NCBI GenBank assembly: GCA_028716165.1
Contig: JAQUQI010000005.1
Location: 24,996 to 88,995, forward strand
Source: Candidatus Omnitrophota bacterium
Lineage (GTDB): Bacteria > Omnitrophota > Gorgyraeia > JABMRG01
DNA: 64,000 nt
Direction of reading: 5' to 3'
Of the stretch, positions 12,001 through 16,713 are shown one piece after another. Made by a program: the position numbers and the translations under genes. The notes beneath the pieces were generated by a model that worked only from the letters and a program-made list of their open reading frames with translations, made no database searches and was not told the origin of the DNA. The first letter of the stretch is position 1, and every line of letters starts with the position of its first letter.

Positions 12001-15000
12001 AACCAGCTTCAAGGTATGGCATTAGAGACTTTTTACGAAGAAATTACAATAAGGAAATCCGATTTAGCTGATAGCAAAAAGGCTGTTGTGCTTAATGATG
12101 ATATAAAAATAGAGGAAACCGATGAATACATAAAAATCCGCCGAAAAATACGCGGCCTGAATGATATCTTTAAGGGGCCTAAGCTTGCGATACTTGAGGG
12201 CGGCTATGGATGGTTTGAGAGTATTAAAAAAGACCCGCGTTATAAAGAACAACATAAAGATGTTTTAACAATATTTATATCTCCTTTTACTGATGAGGAA
12301 ATAGGTATAAGGGCTCTTAACAATGCCTGGGTTGATTCAAAATTCAAATTGCCGGAAGAAAAGGCGGCTGCTTATAATGAAATTTTTGTTGTAATTAAGG
12401 AATTGCAAAACGAAATAAACCTTGTCAATGATGCCAATTTACAGCAAAGGGTGATAAGAGCCGTAGAGGATAACGCGCCTTCGCTTAAGGATTCCGCGGC
12501 TTGTCACAATGCTCAAGTAATAGATAGCAATGAATTCTTAAGCAGCTTAAAAATTGATATTAAGTCCCCCGGCGCGATAGATAAGGTCAAAGCCCTCGCG
12601 TATGAAGTAAACAGAAGGCTTTCTATGCGGGACGGCGAAATCAAATTCGCTTATTCTATCAAAGACGACCCCGCCGGTTATGACAGGTATCAGAGGGTGC
12701 TGGAAGGCATTATGCAGATAGTTAATAAAAATGAATATGACACCGTTTTGACGAACACATGGGGCTATACTGATAATGCGAGAAATCAAAACATAGAGAA
12801 ACTAACAATGGAATTTTCAAAAAGCTTTTTCTCGCATGTGGTAAAAGGCCTCCGTGATTCAGCCAAGGCCAGTTCAAAGGCTTTTGCAAAACGAGCATAT
12901 CCTGAGGGGTTATTAGATATGGCAAAAAAATATTTCAATTCAGATATAGAGAAAACCCTTAAGCAATTAAAGGATTGGGCAAAAGCTTATAATGACGCTG
13001 TCAAAAACAAAGAGATACTGGATACGGAAGAAATGACAGTGGAAAGACTGCTTAATATAAAAACAGCAGAAGGCCAGACGGATGCTGTAGAATATTTTCA
13101 TATAATTGATTCTGACGGTAATTATATCGGCATCAAGCCAAGGCCTCTTGCGCATCTTTCTAAAGCAAATGAAGATTGGCACAGGAGCGTATTTGTCATC
13201 GTAGTTGATGAACAAGGCAGGATGCTGGTGCAGACTCGTTCTGCCAATAAAGACCATGCCCCTAATGCCAGAGATATTTCTACGGGCGGGCATATGGGCT
13301 TATTGGATGATGGGCGAAATCTCGCTGATACGACAAAAGAAGTTGCCCTAAAAGAACTTGGGGAAGAGTTATTTAACATAGGCAATCTTAAGGATTATAG
13401 TATTTCTCCTGACAGGCTTTCTATGATAAGCGAGGTAGACGGGCTAAGGCTTTCCGTTCAATATACGACCCCTGTTAAAGGGTGGGATAATGAGCGTGTC
13501 ACTGTGTTTCTTTATTGCGCATCAAAAATGGATATAGAAAGAATTGACGCGGCAGCAAAAGCGATAAGTGACGAAAAGGCTTCATTTACCGCTTTTGAGG
13601 GTGAGGTAGCGGCTATGGAATGGGTTGCAATATCAGATGAATGGAATAAATTTAAAAACATGCCAGATTCTGACAGGCGCGTCAATTATGGGGCCGGTTT
13701 TATAAAGTTGTTTACGGATTACGATCGGGATGTATCGGATCCGGATACTGTTTTAGGAAAGATAGCGCGAATGTCTAATGATCTCAAGGCGCTCTATGCC
13801 AAGTTTTCAGAGTACGAAAAGAGGCTTGGCGAAAGATCTATAGGCCAATTTGTTGGGAAACCATTTGATCCTAACAGGCATATTTATCGTCCGAAGGTAG
13901 GCCCTGATGGCGAGATGCTGCCATTTTCCGGCTTCACAGTAGCTAAGAGGATAACGGAAGGGAAGCTGCGTGAGGCATTAATCGCATTTCAAGAAACAAT
14001 GAAAGAAGAGCTTAAAGCCGCGGGCATGGGCGATGTAGTGGCATTTCTTGATCCTGCCTCGCTTCATATGACTATAGCGGATATTGATCCCAGCCGGTCA
14101 TATCCAAAAGGAACAAGTTTTGAACAAGCCGGACAAAGGTTAGGCCAGATAGACAGCGCTTTTAAAGATATAGGCACGCCCGGCGCAGTACAGTCTACGG
14201 TCCGTGGCTTAGGCCTTGGGAATACGATCTCGGCGCTTGTAAGATTTACTCCAGAAGATCTGGACAAGGCCCTTTTGCTTGAAGGCGCTGTTCAGAAATC
14301 CGCGGATGTGTTCAATAGGCAGTTTACCGGGCATATAAGCTTAGGATATATAGCAAAAGAACCTGAAGATTATGACAAGTTTATCGCGATTCTCCAGAAA
14401 TACGCAGATTATAATTTTGGCGAACTGTTAATTGATACAATTGCTTTATTGCATTTTTCCGACATGAATCATTATACGCCTTTAAAGGAGAAGAATTTGG
14501 ATACAGGTGAGATTACAGACCGTTCCGAAGCAAAAGAGTTTTTGGAGTTTTTAAGAAAAGCCCCCGAAACAGCTCAGGATGAGGTTGTAGGTGGAATTTT
14601 CGGCATAATGACGGCAATTTTGGAAAACGACCCCCGGGCTGGAGATGTCAAGAAAGCCCCCGAAACAGCAGAAAGGCCCGCTGACGAGCTCGTAGATGAA
14701 CTGTACCGCAATAAAGAGCCTATGGGTTCTATACGAAATATTGCCGACTTGGAAAAACTGGCATTGGATAATATTAATGATAATATGGTTGTGGAGCCTA
14801 TAAAAAAGGTTCTTATTGATATTCTTAATGATGAGCAGACGGCCGGAGAGGATTATATTTTTGTTCGCGAAATGGCGGCTTATGCGTTGAGAATATTCGC
14901 GGATATCAATATTATACGTTCGCTGATGACCGTTGCTTCGCTTGAAAACGCGATGAACACTGAAACAGCTGGCAATGAGCTGCCGCCAGCCATTGCGGGC

Positions 15001-15519
15001 CTTGATCTTGCCGGCGTTGCCGATTATTCGGTTGAATATCAGCTTGCCTTATCATTACTGGACTATTCGCCTTCCGGACAGCTGTTTGTTAATAGAGACA
15101 AGCAGGCAGTGATAGTTTACTCGGATGCTCTCAAGCAAAGCAGGGCATTGCAGGATATCCTTAGGGCGTCTGTTCAGGACGAGAGAAGGTTCTATTTCGT
15201 TAATAAGACATCCCTAAGTTCCGGTGAATTTTTAGCAGGGGTCGGCCTGGATACTTTAAATTTTGATAATATTATTGAAGCCGAGGATATGTCCGCAGGG
15301 CAAATAGCCGAAACTGTAATGTCCGAATTGGCTAATCAGCACATAACCCAAGCCCGCGTTTTTGCCGCATTGGATCAGGATTTAATGTCGTGGAAAACAG
15401 CTTCTATTGAAACACTCCTCATGCTTCTAAAGGACAAGAGGTTTGAGATAATATCCGATTACAGCCAGCAGCATGCCGAATATATCAGGACGCATGCCCA
15501 GGCGTTAACAGCAGCATAA
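1..15519 (+). CDS. Giant multidomain membrane protein, 5'-partial (>5144 aa). Contains tandem ~68-aa repeats, Rhs/YD-like repeats, three TM clusters, a guanylate-kinase-like domain with degenerate P-loop, a Nudix/IDI-like domain, and a C-terminal module paralogous to the ORF at 16714.
   Basis: One uninterrupted frame from base 1 to the stop at 15517-15519. The ORF track begins at a TTG at 85, but codons 1-84 have no stop, so the true start is upstream. Hydrophobic helices lie at about nt 7040-7140, 7990-8420 and 10150-10960. GK-like motifs are APGTGKG ... LYHTRSPR..DGIAYHF ... ILEGGYGW ... IFISPFTDEEIG. The IDI/Nudix-like stretch is HRSVFVIVVDEQGRMLVQTRS...GGH...KELGEEL. Confidence 0.85.
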   Translation, partial: TYVFNFDAETGRVTTGELKRYADSGRPILIALEYTPGKEGKSPSFKARVFGSQQDMEDAQDLLTSGSQIVLVSKADSFVVHEVQKAGEGYVARLDGNGAPVVWIHAEYNKGNPDVERSGAVSASIQDMRLIADIQSVSKKLRLKGPDGNDITGLAQITDANNLESVLNKDLGEPVQVSTELPDHKYVIMAYNSGTKQVLPFYGKSTFDVYTQFYNSPEHEKEFELLNLLKIGNIIYTDDNSSWLGGFEPQRGGVRRAKITMFNDNKGNEYPVKIGHDAQTRDDLYAYGVLEIDIRDDSFNPTGSWVYYLNKQGLPIDRLPHEEACNLRNVSINFSGKNENAKLLINDIAYGQNAHDKFGAFLPFAADVYDVSGGAPRPVGIHIDDRGRNRIYFEFTSQATQSADGTWSVPALAFCDMYDDQNVYLGQYAFNSIVKWTEGEDGAKAYTYEIGNALSWGVEAQSGPYAGNKFVYILDSTRKKDDGSYIISNEMLGKLGTTERGSHILSGKDLDTLGIDKNSKAVSRILRAAQIYQAGFEAGDPSRVMLFDSSYPGREKEAVAMSQYPGGELEMVIRGPNSKEIARFTFGDSDSYDTNKFGLYRKIVEDFQTDQSEKIKQMALSEGIITIPVKLGNYYIGHRYNNETSLYEHGMFKTLADLAKAGYAIYDEITAAQIFRLDSDTPAKIEFFANDGSSLGRAITDQKLSLSVFDKGGEKIGENVYEFVFDRLTGNVVIGKFLYFIDTKKAEEMLGKMLEALREDPVALEAFNLLTGAGIKDSGKLSQAQLDVLYTLIFKNDLGEFHENAADTEKTLEGLRLASSMLAALRGNQGALEAFNALTNAGFANEGYLADSQLAVLYGMIYDGEGEKHKHAGDPKTTMEGIILAKKALDQLRANPSELAAFNLIAGVNIKLSGPLTAEELTALYTLVYDSDGDFYRDSAGYAYTPIESIKFAGPMLKALRLDLEALKAFNLFTGVNIQPTGKLSQSQINALYGLIYGANGDFQPNATDPIATIEGLKLAVAMLDSLRSNPEALKLFNLFTGINITLQGALNGKQIDALYGLIYTKDADGKTILKDNADDPASAIQDIITFYNNVVSYVIAISANPNAMALANSAFGLGLTPNMTAGNITQAQLKIFSNSDLGILYDEGGVLRDIDTVVMLFKRMGEIYANWDSQAQSALRIFSGVDIAPGLDSLNSDQIKAFNTLLFDRNGNLYLTDAEFDAQTVVANLKRVIYKVGDTYVTENGLAAYSLNSNSPGVKPLLLAQVTKTGKHDRMYIIDPSIPNTDNVYAEILEGDIDLDAGTINLKFVVNVGRDSAGNRISSVTNYDGREVQRGTLAGFIDSSGGYIPSDVYIDDLSDIAAVRMKITTSLFGQQWYEEYDFNGNIVRTIKPYPETGQAEVVKYNVKENGSFPDSRSYLYEYDNNLNDIKTDKPVMDLRESKIIGYTDMNDPIAFVHDSVTDSYWQEIIDPVGRVKAKVIGDYNAAAGIFSPIAIEIPSYDGYIGASAIGSSKMYEYSKANGYNTAAYAGSKVLIETGKIEIITIDGRVCVRSFYFNNKTNVSWQEIKDARGNIIAKLYQYPDSGSSGYRASFVEIMQYEPGIGSIEGIAQSGKLYLFTGREDLRDFSISQYADKPVLTESYLVDHSGKAITTVEALKMDSLVYQYENKVSKLVWQEERDNRGRLIAKYTGVSSRDDQGNLTGFSRKVVEKITPTGILGVMHISATSNSYLYETYQGEKGKHLSEYRPEFAYVSAQIINDSGNAVDSLAGIAQDNTVTYRYVNHKTHLVWEEVRDGFGRIIRRYDGETLGDKSSPLTEPFKRVLVTDQYYEGLIGDFGLSTSSEVYSLDESGKKVGNPIDQSELLSNKFEKLDFEQLSATDSFGALKSIFDEQGRIYYQGSRAYKRSDIRGEGLLEYREIKNNTGSIEERFEGYKDPSGKFVSNLKRYFFYPDSDIWRSFSIAQKTILTIFVDGKEIIFSVANRTSFDEQTGDISYSCKKGKGIINFPQITYTNLEQSLDLLFEDAKGFEYVTYAWQEIKNNRGWLVQTREGFGLDDKNFPMGVPRYITFLKGYSLDIPISLEAHIYKYDDNAGERLDGQVIRTKQTESDYRHGTKVGSLQGLHFTDNIAVYDVNDTRINRKSVNNSGYRMDGRLAWEIHAGKMFRDKVYLTYFNELECADYSARLVGVLSPIAGSKLNITNRLAEIKQEPYKTHYTIMIPSKPGSYIVWDKTPDQAKNVWFAVDRFMDGDEIDTEKVSSKGFTRAVENRNIFTAPSEDSALNLAEQDGKYFSEGEFLYEIKNKYTPVLWRSYHENSIREYIGVQFNKHIKNSWLYNAIVESNKRDTLSPIVITTAVSLAAITFLLPLALFLFTYVLSYVHFKKLGKKQIADTKSSGLPGEGGDIASGRAPSAQAPGHASAKVSPGAPSVPDQEIRVRVADINRHLYLNKAFTDYLISLYYKTDEELFALLDAYYPDTHSEKPAMLSERYKYSMVLNNNTVSPDSKQRAKYDFVDRVFTKPISYLMLAIMIDQAEKWDWMNKGELDKGDRITGGLADNFWPFTDRDMKRLFEYFKADGKDPILELGLYKYLGATTLQQWYMDANIKALKEKADKNTTEKQAKANVKKKKDHKLEKGKLIEEAIKPAKEWLAKRYEYEGLHQTVYPMKVNKIINLVWRVFALGGTAGLIAMAITSFSSFGVIGLVFTGLIWSFVLVETHKMLQYAQFHKNWLQGLRTMFKARADYKGPLSEAELKVKKNFFKAYFGWMGTYAAVIVGFSLLYSVGSIPWFGWLAAIPILVISLRESFRSWWYIFTESAATAISRNQRLDSLKRYEDIGKQELDRIRRNEYLKDVFKDVVIEATLSVESGFHLISKQEEQALIKVLNDPKAKKLPDLKSPHAKQEIIKWFNTILMFDEDEFKRIYDQTKLDELNPSIFKGTGKKRVLPTRDFLDAEDGETKDAKGVITEYTPAGIIKSGFYVFKEEFKESWEIFLRDDIFNGVAVDDAFLERLMDPKTTLKQTIEDIAQKLGRTQKDIEEYIISKWIVFRADGYLKTLLFAERAGEAAYRVLIKHKFKDENGRDPSEAEINDILKKHLMFIHVHEDIDPDIQNWGGKNPSEIINILCDTNRPQGTYTINGCSYADTGSEKSFNRTFTPQDSNKIILSTKEFKGHDYLKDEAKRWVVKTDKWSVTARFIEKFLKDIVKEDAMIVNLDRDHFFYPSEFFMLPFLAQRFTSEDNLGYLTTRLDMRTGYVAPTGAAHQVAEDTWNLRTLLAEALLGASSYYGPGLVRWSVMRSWGAYMSNIEDTAAAHEAIMDGMRGDHTTWITWGRPREMVGASILDFQNRFGGLVIDEFLSVHYQKLLKSDKAHWTEKLTIFQNFDFYFNKPLIPHFNLLIFLFSFFINFTPFSFFALPILFVSLGYLFSQAITSGGIRLFHAKQPFLKAWASYSKMFWGLVFTFVPLIPMHGEKALNAFKGTAGRFSSGIKDIFYPAVKFRELYNLYKPSIRWGVALLGILCLAPTHPWAIVTQIFFHIFPIAFIFGPFMKNAPANKKIAASVFGVSGALFALNAIFAFMPMPFVAAVALGIIIAAGLTGKEKYTKGITHGLLAIVYYLLRIDDIFFDRPGARGPDAKGVKTKVKDRKYSPLMTSLLISVSLPFYVLRLDLLGALIKKQDSKAELGAGLELGLDLSRKIFNPLNESSGKFAALMNDSLKALMSLAQSDQNLDAYLQNLLSKEDNISKNISIRVLKNLPVNAARYLNDMGSVEIVLNERFVLSLLNDYDSYPVVKYILAERLFHELGHDNKTGTAQEEVDEEAELIARDLELHSIISSDIQNEINKYFQDKKPSFPSGYYFVFLDKLSKLGDGQRSASIRDYIRQNGLAIGRLSDDEINALSVEELVQLIESVLDMSGKEIANKFLLYSAAPGTGKGEVMDAIFTEGKGKYAHLVDKLTLYHTRSPRVKKGISEKDGIAYHFRGEDELRQLEKEGKIITALVNNQLQGMALETFYEEITIRKSDLADSKKAVVLNDDIKIEETDEYIKIRRKIRGLNDIFKGPKLAILEGGYGWFESIKKDPRYKEQHKDVLTIFISPFTDEEIGIRALNNAWVDSKFKLPEEKAAAYNEIFVVIKELQNEINLVNDANLQQRVIRAVEDNAPSLKDSAACHNAQVIDSNEFLSSLKIDIKSPGAIDKVKALAYEVNRRLSMRDGEIKFAYSIKDDPAGYDRYQRVLEGIMQIVNKNEYDTVLTNTWGYTDNARNQNIEKLTMEFSKSFFSHVVKGLRDSAKASSKAFAKRAYPEGLLDMAKKYFNSDIEKTLKQLKDWAKAYNDAVKNKEILDTEEMTVERLLNIKTAEGQTDAVEYFHIIDSDGNYIGIKPRPLAHLSKANEDWHRSVFVIVVDEQGRMLVQTRSANKDHAPNARDISTGGHMGLLDDGRNLADTTKEVALKELGEELFNIGNLKDYSISPDRLSMISEVDGLRLSVQYTTPVKGWDNERVTVFLYCASKMDIERIDAAAKAISDEKASFTAFEGEVAAMEWVAISDEWNKFKNMPDSDRRVNYGAGFIKLFTDYDRDVSDPDTVLGKIARMSNDLKALYAKFSEYEKRLGERSIGQFVGKPFDPNRHIYRPKVGPDGEMLPFSGFTVAKRITEGKLREALIAFQETMKEELKAAGMGDVVAFLDPASLHMTIADIDPSRSYPKGTSFEQAGQRLGQIDSAFKDIGTPGAVQSTVRGLGLGNTISALVRFTPEDLDKALLLEGAVQKSADVFNRQFTGHISLGYIAKEPEDYDKFIAILQKYADYNFGELLIDTIALLHFSDMNHYTPLKEKNLDTGEITDRSEAKEFLEFLRKAPETAQDEVVGGIFGIMTAILENDPRAGDVKKAPETAERPADELVDELYRNKEPMGSIRNIADLEKLALDNINDNMVVEPIKKVLIDILNDEQTAGEDYIFVREMAAYALRIFADINIIRSLMTVASLENAMNTETAGNELPPAIAGLDLAGVADYSVEYQLALSLLDYSPSGQLFVNRDKQAVIVYSDALKQSRALQDILRASVQDERRFYFVNKTSLSSGEFLAGVGLDTLNFDNIIEAEDMSAGQIAETVMSELANQHITQARVFAALDQDLMSWKTASIETLLMLLKDKRFEIISDYSQQHAEYIRTHAQALTAA
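2233..3700 (+). repeat. In-frame tandem array inside the giant gene: 5 clear and 2 degenerate copies of a ~201-204 nt (~68 aa) unit, consensus ..ALEAFNLxTGxNI..G.Ls..Q...LY.LIY..DGDF......DP....EGL.LA..ML..LR.NP
   Basis: ALEAFN / ELAAFN / ALKAFN / ALKLFN recur at nt ~2287, 2491, 2692, 2893 and 3094 with a 201-204 nt period. Two further decayed copies sit near 3330 and 3540-3650. Confidence 0.7.
4380..6160 (+). repeat. Dispersed Rhs/YD-like repeats inside the giant gene, motif [SVA]W(Q/E)E..D..G(R/N)(L/I)I..Y, at least 5 copies
   Basis: SYWQEIIDPVGRVKAKV (~4390); SWQEIKDARGNIIAKLYQY (~4691); VWQEERDNRGRLIAKYTG (~5025); VWEEVRDGFGRIIRRYDGE (~5375); AWQEIKNNRGWLVQT (~6110). These resemble the YD-repeat core D..GRL....Y, flanked by Y.YD/Y.YEN motifs. 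Confidence 0.4.
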
Positions 15520-15566
15520 TATTTATAGCGTATTCTTCATATCCTGGCTTAAGGCGAGCGGCTATT

Positions 15567-16694
15567 ATGAGAAGGAGCATAAAAATATTTGTTTTATACG
15601 CAGGCCTTGCCATTATATCCATGGCAAGCCCCGCTTATTCTTGGCAAAATTTTTTATGCGCCTTAAGGCCTTTATCGCTGGCGCAATCGCAAAGGATTGA
15701 ATCAGATATAAAGTCCGCCTTCTTGTCAATGCGTATTTCAGATATTGTGTTTATCGCGGATAAAGATGGGACTTTGTCAAAGCCTAATGAGCCTGTCCGC
15801 GGTTCCACGGTTAACCTTATAAGTGAAATTTTTAAAATGTACGGCCGTTCGCATATCGTTATCTGCACAGGGGGTATACTGGAAGACAGCGAGAATAATC
15901 TTATAAAGCCTTTGGAGGAAATGATAAAGTCTGGTGATTCCAGTTGGTTTGAGCGTTTAACATATTATTTTATGGCTGGACTGGGTAAAATATCTTGGAA
16001 TAAGCAAGGAATACGAACGATTGAGTATTTTGGAAAACCTTTTTCAGCAGATGACCAGATGTTTATCGTAAGAAATCTGGCTAAATCTCTGGCAGGCAAT
16101 ATAGAGGGCATGCGCCTGCCTGAAAGCATTGATAGGGCCGAAAGCTTTGACGCCTTTAGTAAAATATTTGATGAATTTGTAGCAGAAAATAAAAGCGTTC
16201 TCGGCCATATTGAGATTGCCAACGGCATGGGCCGGCAGTTTACCATAGAGTTTAAAAAATCGTCCGAGAAACAGGCATTGCCTGAATTGCAAAATTCTGA
16301 TTTTACCCGAAAGGTCGCGGAAACTTTTAAAGAACTTCTTGCACAGCGCCCTAACCTCCAGAATCTGCATGTAAGATACGGTGATACATATGTGGATTGC
16401 AGTCCGGTGGATAAAAAAGATGCCATAGAATATTTTTTAAGCGAGAAAAATTTTGAAAGCCCTCTTATTGTGGCGGTTGGAGACGGTAGTAATGATTATG
16501 GGTTTTTATTTAAAGCCGCAGACGATAGGACGAAGCTATCTTTTTTTGTAGGCAAAGGCCATGAAGGCTTGCCCGATCATGTGACTCTATGGCAGACGCC
16601 CGGCCCGGCTGGAACGGAAGAGATACTGTCGTCAATAGTCAAGTCAGTCAAAAGCTCATTTGACATGGAATATAATATAAGAATTTGCGCCTAA
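15567..16694 (+). CDS. Secreted HAD-superfamily (subfamily IIB, Cof/sugar-phosphatase-like) hydrolase
   Basis: N-terminal signal peptide followed by FLCALRPLSL. HAD motif I is DKDGTL (nt ~15760) and motif IV is GDGSNDYGF near the C-terminus. Confidence 0.6.
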   Translation: MRRSIKIFVLYAGLAIISMASPAYSWQNFLCALRPLSLAQSQRIESDIKSAFLSMRISDIVFIADKDGTLSKPNEPVRGSTVNLISEIFKMYGRSHIVICTGGILEDSENNLIKPLEEMIKSGDSSWFERLTYYFMAGLGKISWNKQGIRTIEYFGKPFSADDQMFIVRNLAKSLAGNIEGMRLPESIDRAESFDAFSKIFDEFVAENKSVLGHIEIANGMGRQFTIEFKKSSEKQALPELQNSDFTRKVAETFKELLAQRPNLQNLHVRYGDTYVDCSPVDKKDAIEYFLSEKNFESPLIVAVGDGSNDYGFLFKAADDRTKLSFFVGKGHEGLPDHVTLWQTPGPAGTEEILSSIVKSVKSSFDMEYNIRICA

Positions 16695-16713
16695 TAATAA
16701 AAAGGAGGCCTAT

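Noticed and set aside
14556-14670. Short direct repeat AAGCCCCCGAAACAGC (x2, ~90 nt apart) inside the giant gene as a possible mobile-element or CRISPR-like repeat
   Set aside because: It is in-frame and encodes the duplicated peptide KAPETA within a low-complexity acidic linker. This is ordinary intragenic duplication, not a spacer/repeat array.
60-15519. About 25 short minus-strand and alternative-frame ORFs (60-190 aa) lying inside the giant gene, e.g. 60-383(-), 7470-7934(-), 15965-16426(-)
   Set aside because: All are embedded in a single long coding frame that has periodic repeats and recognisable domains. None has an RBS or a recognisable motif. They are the usual shadow ORFs of a long gene.
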